DNA of 64,000 nt. Source: Mustelus asterias. Its lineage: Eukaryota. The position numbers and the translations under genes are program-made. Where the stretch lies: contig NC_135806.1 in the NCBI RefSeq assembly GCF_964213995.1, positions 53,382,001-53,446,000 of the forward strand. Reading direction: 5' to 3'. Positions 11,256 to 24,291 of the stretch are shown piece by piece (positions within the stretch are counted from its first letter, which is position 1; the number at the start of each line of letters is the position of its first letter). Under the pieces are notes generated by a model. That model was not told the origin of the DNA. It saw only the letters and a program-made list of their open reading frames with translations, and did no database searches.

Positions 11256-11889
11256 TATTCCTGAGAAAACCATCTTTGAGGTATTCTTTAAAAATAAAAT
11301 CTCAAACTCTCTTTTGCAGCGCTTAGATTTTGAGATGTTTCCTAGTTCCATTGTCCCAAACTTTGAGTATCTAAATTAGTCTAGTGTTCATTAGACACTA
11401 AGTTTTTTCTAATGCACCCAAGAAATGAAAAGCAAACCCTGTCTGAGCGACTGTTTTTAGTTACCCAATTTATGCCCTTGTAAAAAGCTCGAGTGACAGA
11501 GTACACAAGGAACAGAGTCTCTCTGCAGATACTGCCCGACATGCCGAATACTCCCAATATTTCCTGTCTCCAGCATTTAGCTTGTAAATTTAAACCCAAA
11601 TTGCTATTCTTTTCCCTCACCTAGGGATCAGCTGTGTCACACTCTTATGAACAGTCTGTGGTGCTACCCCTGTAGCGCGAACTACAACTTGCTTTTGCCC
11701 AAAGCGAAACTCCAGCTTCGAGAGATCAGTATTTGCCAATATAGCAAGACCATGAATTAATCCGAAATCCTCCTCCTAATATTTAGTGGATATGCCACAA
11801 GTCTTGTCAGTCTCCTGGCCTTGAGAAAATTGTAGAATAATTGGGCACTATTCAATCCTATGATGGCTCAGAATTAAACTAGGGAACAA

Positions 11890-12260
11890 AAGCAATAAAA
11901 GAGACTCTTATGTTTGTCCATTGTGATAGGGTCAGCATGCCAGGATAGATTATGGATACAAGCTGGTGGGACAAAATCACAAAGGTGGCAGTCCTTTCGA
12001 AGGTAGAGCTCCCAAGCTTGTTGGCACTAATTAAGCAGAGGTGGCTTTGGTGGATCGGGCACAACAGCAGGATGTAAGGTGGCTGCAAACTCAAAATTCC
12101 TCTTTATGGGGAGGCAGCCAGGCGACCAGCGGGGTTCCCCAACCTCCACTTCAAAGATAGCTTGCATGCATGAATGAAGACCCTAAACATCAACTTATTA
12201 CACCCAAGGTCACTAGTTGGCGGCATAGGGCAATGGAGATACACTTCATCTGGGCTAGCA
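11890..12260 (+). mobile_element. RTE-clade LINE 3' remnant
   Basis: Degenerate LIKQRWLWWIGH...LYGE...G.P.L.FKD, resembling the RTE ORF C-terminus. Confidence 0.5.
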
Positions 12261-13494
12261 CACACTACCATGGTGACCAGTAGTTACAGCAGCTTGGCAA
12301 CTGGCAGCAACACTGAATACAACCCACAATGTCACGTGGCAGCTTCAGGTGAAGCGCCTGTAGAGGAAACTGCTCACAATCAAAGGTGCATCAAATGAGG
12401 GCACCCCCACCCAAATAGACTATTTGCTACGTACCCATCCCCTGTTGTTGGAGGAATGACGATAACCATAAGGAACTTCTCAAACACTCCCAGACTATTT
12501 GGGTACTTTAGAATGTCACGGGTAAGAAAATAAAACTGAATGTTTTTTTGCCACCGTAATGAAAGTTATTTCAAATTAAGTCAATTATTTTGGACAGTTT
12601 TACTTTGACATTGAATCACGAATGATTGCTTCTTCAATTTTCACCAAACTCGCCAACCTTTTTTTGCATGAACCTAGTCACAAGATCAGCATTGGATATA
12701 ATATTAAATATCAGAAACACAGGACTGTCAGGGAACAGGAGAAACTTAATCTTCAAAATTATCTTAATCTTCCAGTTCAAAGCTTCAAGTGGAGGTAAAA
12801 ATGCTCAGTCATCAGTGCATTATAGTCAGAATGAATATCAATGTGATGAGTCTTGCTTGCTGAAATCATTCCCATGTGCTTTGCAACTTGGGGGTCCCCT
12901 TCACCCCCCCTCCTCCATACCGATTATTCCCATGTAGGAAACACAGTTTGCAATGTTGCTTCGAGTCAAAAGATCCAAAATTGTGGCAACATAATTCACA
13001 ACAACCAGTGAAACAATCAAGAACGCGGTCACAGCTTCGTAAGCAACTAGCTTTCTTCCAGCCAGAAAGGTCAGATGGTGACCTCTACAAAAGTTTGATA
13101 ACTCGAGCATCCATGGTTGGAACTTGGCTGAAAAGGAGAGTTTGCATAAAAATTAAAATGCTTTAAATTTTCAGCCCCATGATCAAATAACACTTCCAGA
13201 ATTGTAGGTATTTAACAATCACCAACTGAAACAGCGTATAATCCCTCTGTGATAGTGACATTTTATATTTAAAAATCTTGGTCGCTCACTTTCATTGACA
13301 GACAAAAGAGTAAGATTGTCTGAACGGTCTACACTGGCATTAAAGTTGCATGGCCCCTTGCTCAATTTCCTGCCAGTGCACTTCCTATTCTCAGAATCGT
13401 TCTGGCACAGGAGGCCACCATTCGGCCCATCGTGTCTGCACCAGCTTGCCAAATGAGGATCATGACCTCATGCCAATGCTATTCTCTCATCTCA

Positions 13495-16400
13495 GGGATG
13501 CAAAGGTAGTAATCTCGGGATTGCTGCCTGTGCCGCGGGAGAGTGAGAACAGGAATCGGTGGAGAATGAATGCGTGGCTGAGGGACTGGAGCAAGGGACA
13601 AGGATTTGGGTACTTGGATCATTGGGACCTCTTTAGGGGCAGGTGTGACCTGTTTAAAAAAGACGGGTGGCACTTGAATCCCAGGGGGACCAATATCCTG
13701 GCGGGAAGGTTGGCTAAGGCTACTGGAGAGACTTTAAACTAGAAAGGTTGGGGGGAGGGAATCGAAATGAGGGGACTGAGAGCGAGGAGGTTAGCTCGCA
13801 AATAGATAAGGAATGTAGACAGGGTAAGAGGGAGGTTAGACGAGTGATGGAGAAGGGAAGTGCTCAGGCTGAAGGTCTGAGATGTGTCTATTTTAATGCC
13901 AGGAGTGTAGTGAATAAAGTGGATGAGCTTAGAGCGTGGATTGCTGCTTCGAATTGTGATGTGGTGGCCATTACGGAGACTTGGATGTCTCAGGGACAGG
14001 ACTGGGTGCTTCAGGTGCCGGGTTTTAGATGTTTCAGGAAGGACAGGGAGGGAGGCAAGAGAGGGGAGGGGAGTGGCACTGTTGATCAGGGATAGTGTCA
14101 CGGCTGTAGAGAAGGTGGACGCCGTGGAGGGATTGACTACGGAGTCTCTGTGGGTGGAGGTTAGGAACAGGAAGGGGTCGGTAACTTTGCTGGGTGTTTT
14201 CTATAGGCCGCCCAATAGTAACAGAGATGTTGAGGAGCAGATGGGGAAACAGATCCTGGAGAGATGTAGGAATAACAGAGTTGTCGTGATGGGAGATTTT
14301 AATTTCCCAAACATAGATTGGAATATCCCTAGGGCTAGGGGTTTGGATGGAGAGGAGTTTGTTAGGTGTGTCCAGGAGAGTTTCCTGACACAGTATGTGG
14401 ATAAGCCTACTAGAGGAGAGGCTGTACTTGATCTGGTGCTGGCTAATGAACCTGGACAGGTGGAGGATCTCTCGGTGGGTGAGCATCTTGGGGATAGCGA
14501 TCATAATTCTATCTCCTTCACGATAGCATTGGAAAGAGATAGGATCAGGCAGGCTAGGAAAGTGTTTCTCTGGAGTAAAGGGAAATACAGTGTCATCAGG
14601 GAGGAAATTAGACGGGTAAATTGGAAGGAGGCATTCTTGGGGAAAAGTACCGAAGGAAAGTGGAGGATTTTCAAGGAATGTTTGTCTGGAGCTCTGCATG
14701 ACAACGTTCCGATGAGACAGGGGGGTGTTGGTAGGGTACGGGAACCGTGGTGCGCGAAGGTTGTGATGAACCTGGTGAATAAGAAAAGAGAGGCGTACAG
14801 AAGGTTCAGAGAGCTAGGAGGTGTTAAGGATTTAGAGGAGTATACGGGATGTAGGAAGGAGCTTAAGAAGGAAATTAGGAGAGCGAGAAGGGGTCATGAG
14901 AAGACCTTGGCGGGTAAGATTAAGGAGAATCCCAAGGCTTTCTACAAATATGTCAAGAGTAAAAGGATGAGATGTGAAGGCATAGGACCCCTAAAAGGTG
15001 AAGGGGAAAAAGTTTGTGCGGAACCGTTAGAAATGGCGGAGGTGCTTAATGAATACTTTACCTCGGTATTCACAGTGGAAAGGGATCTGGGTGGTTGTAC
15101 TGCTGGTTTGCGGTGGACAGAAAGGATCGAGCATGTGGACATAAAGAAAGAGGATGTGTTGGAACTATTGAATGGCATCAAGGTTGGTAAGTCGCCGGGA
15201 CCGGATGGGATGTACCCCAGGTTACTGTGGGAGGCGAGGGAGGAGATTGCGGAGCCTTTGGCGATGATCTTTGCATCGTCGATGGAGACGGGAGAGGTTC
15301 CGGAGGATTGCAGATGTGGTCCCTATATTCAAGAAAGGGAACAGGGACAGCCCGGGAAATTACCGACCGGTGAGTCTAACCTCAGTGGTTGGTAAGTTGA
15401 TGGAGAGGATCCTGAGAGACAGGATTTATGATCATCTAGAGAAGTTTAGTATGATCAAAAGTAGTCAGCACGGCTTTGTCAAGGGCAGGTCGTGCCTTAC
15501 GAGCCTGGTTGAGTTCTTTGAAAATGTGACCAAACACATTGACGAAGGAAGAGCGGTGGATGTGGTCTATATGGACTTCAGCAAGGCGTTCGATAAGGTC
15601 CCCCATGCAAGACTTCTTGAGAAAGTGAGAGGGCATGGGATCCCAGGGGCTGTTGCCTTGTGGATCCAGAACTGGCTTGCCTGCAGAAAGCAGAGAGTGG
15701 CTGTGGAGGGGTCTTTCTCTGCATGGAGGTCAGTGACCAGTGGAGTGCCCCAGGGATCTGTTCTGGGACCCTTGCTGTTTGTCATTTTCATAAATGACCT
15801 GGATGAGGAAGTGGAGGGATGGGTTGGTAAGTTTGCTGACGACACCAAGGTAGGTGGTGTTGTGGATAGTTTGGAGGGATGTCAGAAGTTGCAGCGAGAC
15901 ATAGATAGAATGCAAGACTGGGCGGAGAAGTGGCAGATGGACTTCAACCCGGATAAGTGTGTAGTGATCCATTTTGGCAGATCCAATGGGATGAAGCAGC
16001 AATATAATATGAAGGGTACCATTCTTAGCAGTGTAGAGGATCAGAAGGACCTTGGGATCTGGGTCCATAGGACTCTTAAATCGGCCTCGCAGGTGGAGGA
16101 TGCGGTCAAGAAGGCGTACGGCGTACTGGCCTTCATTAATCGAGAGATTGAGTTTAGGAGTCGGGAGATAATGCTGCAGCTTTATAGGACCCTGGTTAGA
16201 CCCCACTTGGAGTACTGCGCGCAGTTCTGGTCACCTCATTACAGGAAAGATGTTGAAGCCATTGAAAGGGTGCAGAGGAGATTTACAAGGATGTTGCCTG
16301 GATTGGGGGGCATGCCTTATGAGGATAGGTTGAGGGAGCTTGGTCTCTTCTCCCTGGAGAGACGAAGGATGAGAGGTGACCTGATAGAGGTTTACAAGAT

Positions 16401-16732
16401 GTTGAGAGGTCTGGATAGGGTAGACTCTCAGAGGCTATTTCCAAGGGCTGAAATGGTTGCTACGAGAGGACACAGGTTTAAGGTGCTGGGGGGTAGGTAC
16501 AGAGGAGATGTCAGGGGTAAGTTTTTCACTCAGAGGGTGGTGGGTGAGTGGAATCGGCTGACGTCGGTGGTGGTGGAGGCAAACTCGTTGGGGTCTTTTA
16601 AGAGACTTCTGGATGAGTACATGGGATTTAATGGGATTGAGGGCTATATATAGGCCTAGAGGTAGGGATATGATCAGCGCAACTTGTGGGCCGAAGGGCC
16701 CGTTTGTGCTGTGGCTTTCTATGTTCTATGTT
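13495..16732 (+). mobile_element. CR1 LINE (second family): end of ORF1 plus ORF2 with two frameshifts
   Basis: ORF1 end (ISGLLPV..DGWHLN..TLN*). ORF2 is split over 13748-14095, 13923-15395 and 15271-16653. FADD motif; ttctatg tail repeats. Confidence 0.92.
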
Positions 16733-16734
16733 TT

Positions 16735-17728
16735 CCCTGTACCCATGAACACGGAATGCCTCAATTGAACCTGCCTCCACCACACTCCCAGGTAGTGCAT
16801 TCCAGACCCAAACAACTCACCGAGTGAAAATGTTTTGTGTCTCATCACATACTTGTGCATCTTCTTGTTCTTGATCCTTCTACGAGTGGGAACATTCTCT
16901 CCCCATCTACCCTGTCCAGGCCCCTCACAATTTTGAACGTCTCTATCAAATTTCCTCTTAGTTTTCTTCTCTCCAAGGAGAACAGTTCCAACCTCTCCAA
17001 TCTACCTTCATAACTGAATTTTCTCATACCTGGAACCATTCTTGTAAACTACTTCTGCACTCTCTCCAATGCATTCACATCCTCCCTATAGTGTGACACC
17101 CAGAACCATACTCAATATCCCAACTGAGGTCGCACTGCTGTCTTGTACAAGTTCATCTCTGACGAAGGATCACTCAGACTTGAAACGTTGGCTCTATTCT
17201 CTCTCCACAGATGCTGTCAGACCTGCTGAGATTTTCCAGCATTTCCTGTTTTTGTTTCAGATTCCAACACCCACAATAATTTGTTTTTATTTCAGCATAA
17301 CCCCCTTACTCTTGTACTCTATGCTCCTATTAATAAAGCCCAGGATGCCATATACTTTAACTGCTCTCTCCACCTGTCCTGCCACCTGCAATGATCTACG
17401 TGCATAAACACCCAGGTCGCTCTGCTCCTGCACCCCCTTATTTTATATTTAAATCCCCATGTTCTTCTTCCCAAAATGCATTATCTTGCACTTCTCTGCA
17501 TTGAACATCTGCCACCTATCGGCCCACTCAATCAACTTACTACCCTCAGTTTATAATAGTTCCACTCCATTCTGAGATCTAGATCATTAACATACACCAC
17601 AAAAAGCACGCGCCCCAATACCGACTCTTGGAGAACTCCACTACAAACTGTTCACCAGCAGGAAAAATATCCACTGACCATTACTGTTTCCTATCACTCA
17701 GCCAATTTTGTATGCACATTGCTACTGG
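16735..17728 (-). mobile_element. Older CR1 3' fragment (its tail lies at about 13394-13480)
   Basis: MVPGMRKFSYEGRLERLELFSLERRKLRG on the minus strand; interrupted by younger insertions. Confidence 0.7.
17156..17290 (+). mobile_element. Penelope-like pLTR fragment, family 2, degenerate hammerhead
   Basis: CTGACGA-A-ggatc-actca-gactt-GAAA-CG-TT-ggctct, followed by ccacagatgctgtcagacctgctgag. Confidence 0.7.
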
Positions 17729-20700
17729 CCAGGAAAATGCTCTAGAAGCTGGGGCCTTCACTCTGCAGGCCCCCAGCAACCAGGAAAACGCCACCGGAGC
17801 CACGGCCTTCACTCTCCAGACTTCCACCGACCCGAACTCGGCCTCAGAGGCTGAGGCCTGCACTCTCTCGGCCCCCACAGCTCAGGAAAATGCTGGCAAA
17901 ACCGAGACCTTCACTTTGCCGGTCTCCACCGACCAGACCTGCATCCCTAGGGCTGAGGCCTTCTCCCCACCGAACCCGATGGCCAGTCCAGTAAGTCTGG
18001 GGCCAGGGCCTCCAGTCCACTGGCTCCCAACCCCTCTAACCCGGAGAACAGCGACCTCCTGCAGGCCCCAAACATTCCCTCAACTCCCCCCTTCTACAAT
18101 CGCCCCACACTCCTAAAAATCAACTCTCACTGCCTAAAAATTACCAAAATTCTCTTTTAAATTTACTTGCAGGTCTAGAGATCTTCCGACCTGGCAGTGA
18201 TCCAGAAGGCACCAACACGTGGACCCGGCCATCAGCTCAACCGCAATCACAACCCCAGAGAAGGCATCCACTTTCCAGTCTTAAACCCATCCACACCAGA
18301 GCGTGGTCTGGACAACCTCCAATCTCTGAAGCCAACTGCAGCCTGACAGCAACCCGGAACACCCAACCGCTCCGACCCATCTACCTACACAGGAACCACA
18401 AACAAGGCAACAAATTCTCCATCCACACACCGACCAAAGAACCTCATTGGACACCTACACCCTTAACACTGCACACTACTCTCACCGTCTCCCAGGCATG
18501 AAGAGAAGCAGTCACTCCAGGAAGTGTGTAAAATGTGCAGGCGAGAGTGAAACAACGCAGTCCCAAGGCCCCCCTCCCCAGCTTACTCCTAGCAAATGTC
18601 CAATCTCTGGAAAACAAGCTAGAGGAACTTAAAGCCAGACTCACTATTCAAAGAGAACGGAGGGACTGCTGTGTGCTCTGTTTCGCAGAGACGTGGCTCA
18701 TTCCTGTTTCACCAGACAGTGCCCCACAACCAGAGGGCTTCTCAATCCACCAAATGGACCATGCGACAGCCTCAGGCAAGGTTAGGGGAGGTGGGATCTG
18801 CCTTCCAAATCAACATCTCGAGGTGCCTAGGTGCCTTGCAACACTGGCAAGCTTCTGCTCCCTGGACCTAGAATACCTCACACTAACATGCCGCCCCTAC
18901 TATCTTTCGCGGGGTTCCACCTCTGTTATCCTGACGGCAGTTTATATCCCACCCCACGCGGATGTGAAGATCGCACTGGGTGAAATATACACCACCACAA
19001 ATAGTCTCGAGACCAAACAACCCGAGGCCTTGTTCATCATGGTCGGGGACTTCAATCAGGCCAAGTTCAACAGCATCCTACCAAAATACCATCAACACGT
19101 TTCCTGTTCAACCAGAGGCCCAAACATCCTAGACCACTGCTACACAAATATCAAACACGTCTACTGCTTTATCGTCCACCCACACTTTGGCAAATCAGGC
19201 CACAAGGCTGTGCTCCTGCTCCCGGCTTACAAGCAAAAATGAAGCGGGAGAATCCATCAAAGAGAGTCGTGCAATGTTGGTCTGAGGAATTGGATGATCT
19301 CCTATGGGGCTGCTTGGAGTCAGTGGACTGGTCAGCATTTTAAAATTCTGTGACCAGCCTGAACGAGTACGCCACTACAGTAACTGACTTCATTATTAAG
19401 TGTGTAGAAGTCTGTGTGCCAAAGAAGCAAATCCACGTGTTTCCTAATTGCTTGCTGAAGTTCAGGTTTGAGAGCTATACAAGAAAGCCACATATGATCT
19501 ACAGGGGTCCAAAGATGTCAAACGACAGTATCAGACCAAGCTAGAGTCCCATTCTAGTGACATTACTGCCGACTATGGCAAGGTCTGCAAGACATAACAG
19601 GCTACAAGATGAAGGCATGTAAAATCGCTGGCACCAATGCATCCCTCCCCAATGAGCTCAACGCATCCTAAGACCATTTTGAGCAAGAGGTCAGAGAGAG
19701 CACGCCCTCCACCCTGGAAGCCTCGGGTGAACCTGTATCCGAGGTCACCATTGAAGAGGTCAGGGCAGCCTTCTCAAAAGTCAACCCACAGAAAGTGACA
19801 GTCGGGGTGGGGTGCCCAGACGAGCGCACAGACCAGCTGGCAGGGACATTCACAGACATCTTCGATTTCTTTACACCAATCTGAGGTCCCTACCCGCTTC
19901 ACGAGGATGACCATCATCCCAGTTCCAAAGAAAAGCCAGGCAGCAAGCCTTAATGACTATCGTCCAGTGGCTCCGATATCCATCATTACAAAAGTGCTTC
20001 GAAAGGTTAGTCATGTCACGAATCAATTCCAGCCTCCCAGATTGCCTGGATCCACTGCAGTTCGCATACCGCCACAGGTCCACAGCAGATGACATCTCCC
20101 TGGCCCTGCACTCAACCCTGGAACACCAAGATAACAAAGACAACTACGTCAGACTCCTTTTTATTGTCTATAGCTCAGCATTCAACACAATTATTCCTAC
20201 GAAACTCATCTCTAAACGCCATGGCCTGGGGTGGGGCTTGGCTCCTCCCTCTGCGACTGGATCCTAGACTTCCTAACCCACAGACCGCAATCAGTAAGGA
20301 TAGGCAACAACACCTGATCCATGATTATCCTCAACACCAGTGCCCCACAAGGCTCTCTCCTCAGCCCCTTACTGTGCTCTTCATACAACTATGACTGTGT
20401 AGCTAAATTCCCCTCTAACTCAATTTTCAAGTTTGCTGATGACACCACCGTAGTGAGTCAGATCTCAAACAATGACGAGACAGAGTACAGGAATGAGATA
20501 GAGAATCTGGTGAATTGGTGTTGTGACAATAATCACTCCCTCAAGGTCAACAAAATAAAGGAGATGGTCTTCAACTTCAGGAAGTGTAGTGGAGGACATG
20601 CCCCTGTCTACATCAATGGGAAATAGAAATGGTTGAGAGCTTCAAGATTTTAGGCGTCCTGATCCTCCCATGCGGACACTATAGTTAAGAAAGCCCAACA

Positions 20701-21253
20701 ATGCCTCTACTTTCTCAGGAGACTAAGGAAATTTGGCATGTCCGCTATGACGCTCACCAACTTTCACAGAGCACCATAGAAAGCATTCTTCCTGGTTGTA
20801 TCACAGCTTGGTAAGGCTCCTGCTCTGTTCAAGACAGCAAGAAACTACAATGGGTCATGAACGAAGCCCAGTCCATCACGCAAACCAGCCTCCCATCCAT
20901 TGACACTGTCTACACTTCCCGCTGCCTCGTAAAAGCAGCCAGCATAATTAAAGACCCCACGCATCCTGGACATGCTCTCTTCCACCTTCTTCCATCGGGA
21001 AAAAGATACAGAAGTCTGAGGACACGTACCAACCGACTCAAGAACAGCTTCTTCCCTGCTGCCATCAGACTTTTGAATGGACCTACCTCGCATTAAGTTG
21101 ATCTTTCTCTACACCCTAGCTATGACTGTAACACTACATTCTGCACTCTCTCCTTCCCTTCTCTATGTACAGTATGCTTTGTCTGTATAGCGCACAAGAA
21201 ACAATACTTTTCACTGTATACTAATACATGTGACAATAATAAATCAAATCAAA
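17729..21253 (+). mobile_element. Rex1/Babar LINE, long copy with disrupted APE-RT ORF
   Basis: LLANVQSL..ETWL..GDFN (APE); [15 protein letters not shown] and KFADDTT (RT); caataataaatcaaatcaaa tail. The 5' boundary is uncertain. Confidence 0.88.
17730..18035 (+). repeat. 51-bp tandem repeat, 5-6 units, in an open frame (17-aa units)
   Basis: Units start at 17730, 17781, 17832, 17883 and 17934: QENALEAGAFTLQAPSN, QENATGATAFTLQTSTD, PNSASEAEACTLSAPTA, QENAGKTETFTLPVSTD, QTCIPRAEAFSPPNPMA. Confidence 0.85.
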
Positions 21254-21489
21254 ATACTCTGCCTTTTATTCTGAACGCTATATACCATTTTGCCAATTAA
21301 CCAACATCAGCACAAATGCTAACTGGTGTCATCCCAGCTATACAGGTTGTTCCTCTTTGGCACAGTGAAACACACAGCTACCACATTAGGCTATTTCCTT
21401 AGGCAAACCTAGTTTGATCCATTTCAAACTGTTTGTGTTAGGAAAGCATAAATGATTTGCATTTTAAAGCAAGTCAGTGTCACAGGTGT

Positions 21490-21805
21490 CATAGCAACTA
21501 GAAGTAGGAGTAGGCCGTTCGGCCCTTCCTGCTCCGCCACCATTCATTGTGATCATGGCCGATCATCAAATTCAATATCTCGATCCCCCATCCTCATCTG
21601 ATCCCTTTAGTCCCAAGAGCTATATCTAATTTCTTGAAATCAGACAACATTTTGTCCTTAACTACTTTGTGGTAGTGAATTCCGCAGATTCACCACTATT
21701 TCTCCTCACCTCAGTTCTAAAAGGTTTACCCCTTACCTTCAAACTATGTCCCCCAGTTTTGGACTCCCTCACCATCTGGAACATTCTTTCTAAATCTACC
21801 CTGTC
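21490..21805 (-). mobile_element. CR1 3' end fragment
   Basis: Reverse complement of a CR1 tail (gggccgaacggcctactcctacttct); same family as 39345-39710. Confidence 0.65.
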
Positions 21806-22200
21806 ATATTGGTAGTACTCTCAGTTCAACTCCACACCAAGAGATTTGTGCATATAATGCAACTGATGCAGCGCAGCGCTGAGTGGGGTGGGGGGGCCTT
21901 CCAGACTAGTCATTAAACTAACGCTTCCTCTTTCTTGTTAGGTGGATATAAAAGATTAGATAGTAATTTTCTGAAGAGGAATTGCAGTTTTTTCCCCACT
22001 CCATTAACTTACATTTCTCCTTCAAACAAACAAACTTAAAACAAATTAACTAAAAAGGATTAACAAACAAACAGATTAAATATTATGCATCTCACTGCTG
22101 TGTACAAATTAGTGTTTGTTGAAAAGACAGATGTGGCTATAATCAGAAATAACTAGTTTGCTGCAAAGCACTTTGGAATGCCCTTTGTACAAGCAAAGCC
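21806..22200 (+). mobile_element. Very degraded DeuSINE (SacSINE1-type)
   Basis: Colinear weak similarity to 10825-11255 (aggtggatataaaagat, aaagcactttggaatg). Confidence 0.4.
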
Positions 22201-24291
22201 CAGTAATGAGAGTGGTCATGTTTCTTTAACAGAGAATGTTTAAAATCGATAGCAATTTTATTTTTTCCCTCTTTAGATGCTGAAAGCATGTTAATGTTCT
22301 GGTGAAACTATAGCATGAGTTACTAATCAGTACAAGGAGAGTAACTAAAGTGGTGAAATCAGCAAGACTTGAATTCAGTTAACGACAATGGATCTGATTG
22401 AGGCAATAACACAATGGTGAACAAGTTTTGACATCTACAGAGGGAATACCCTGCCAACGGAGTACATTTTGGCTGCATGCTGTAAAAATCTCAGTCCTAA
22501 CAGAGACATATCACATCTGATTAAATTCCCACAGGAACTGGATCCAGTTTTTGGTTGCTAACTGCACAACTGCTGAAAATTCAAACCAAAAATAACATAC
22601 CCAGAAAGGATTAGATATTTTAAAATACTGAAGTCAAAACTGTAACAGACTCAAAGTCAGAAAATGCACAAAATAAATTAAATTTAGAAAATGTTGATTT
22701 TGATCTTCTGGTCCCACCACTATCAACGGGTTGCCTGTTGGACGCACTTCCCATTGCTTGGGAAATCTGTGGGTGGGGTTTGCCATCGGCGGGACTGGAA
22801 GATCCTGCTGGTGGGAACGGCCGGAAAATCCTGGCTATTGGTCTGCATCGTTACAATCCCCTCTCCAAACATCATGATTGGCTTACGTTCACCTTCAGCT
22901 GTTTTATATAAAAGATATTTAAGGACCATTTTTCCCGTACAATAAAAATAGAATAGAGTACACTTGCAGTTATAGAAACAGACACCACTACATTTGCAAT
23001 ATAATTCCTGACCTTCTAGGAAATCAAGTGCATTGCTATCCTCCATTTCATCCCTGAGAACCTACATGCATCATAAAATTTATACTCTGGAAAACATGCC
23101 ATTGGGTATGAATCCCAATATTTTAAATCTCAAACTTCACAATAGCTCACTTAAATGAGCAACACGCAGAACCTGCTGCTAACAGAGACCCAGGCTGGAC
23201 AGCTCCCCCAAACAAGTGTGGGATTCTCATGGAAAAGGCAAACCAGCCCATCGAACTATTCATGGATGCATTCGACAAATCTCAATTTGCAACATGGCTC
23301 AGCCATCACTGGAGGCCACATGTCTCAACTTTTCAGAATGGCACCTGTATTTAAGTAAACACACTTGAATCCACAGCCCGTTGACATTGGCTGGAAATTG
23401 CATAACAAATGTGTAGCTTGGGGGGTTTGAAATTATACCTTTCCTTCCTGCCCGTCAAGTGATCTACAAACTGCTGGCAACAATGGAAAAACTGAGCACT
23501 TAGCCCAGGTCATTGTGGGAGTGGTGGGTTGGGAGGGCAGGGCTGGTGAGAAGAGAACATATACGAGGAGGGAGGGGCAATGAAACAAAGTACATGTTCA
23601 CAGGATGGCCAATTGTCTCTAAACTAAATTCTGTCCAACTGAAATTCAACAAGGAAGGATATGAGCATCGGATCTCAGTGCAACAGACTTGTACAGTAGA
23701 ATTATGCATTGAATGGTCAGCAGGATCAAAAGATTTTTTTATTGGAGTACTTAAATAATCTGCATTCGCTGACTAAAGACTATTGATCAAAAATTTAAAA
23801 GCCACATAATAAGACCAACCTAAATGCTGCCAATTCCAAAAAACAAGTTTAGCGCTTATTTTGGTGGATTTTTTAAAATATACTTTGTCTTTGACAAGAT
23901 AAAGCAATAATGATTTGCAATCAAAGAGTGACAAGAATAATTATTATTTCCATTGGGCTTATGATTTACTTTCCAACAGAGCAACAGAAATGGCACTGTA
24001 AATAGTATTACAACATCAAAACAGCACAATCAAAAATTGAAAACTGCAAAAGCCAAGATGACAATCTTATGAGTTAGGGAGAACATAGTTTTGTTGACTG
24101 GACAGAGATGTCAGATTAAATTTCATAGAGTAAAATAAAATGACATGAGAAACAAAAACAAGGAAATATATTGTGAATGGTCAAGAGTAGGTAACAAAGT
24201 AGACTCATGTGAATGTCGACTGATTTGAAGATGATCAGATAGCAGAGGCATTATACCCATACAAATTATTGGCAGTAATAACAATTAAAAT

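Noticed and set aside
14034-16206. Long antisense ORFs within CR1 (and similar ones in Gypsy pol)
   Set aside because: Shadow ORFs of the sense coding frames, with no independent motifs.
17730-18035. CRISPR-like array
   Set aside because: Tandem degenerate units without unique spacers, eukaryotic context, and no cas genes.
22690-22850. Possible non-autonomous DNA transposon fragment (similar GC-rich patches near 39800 and 40850)
   Set aside because: Terminal inverted repeats and TSD could not be defined by eye.
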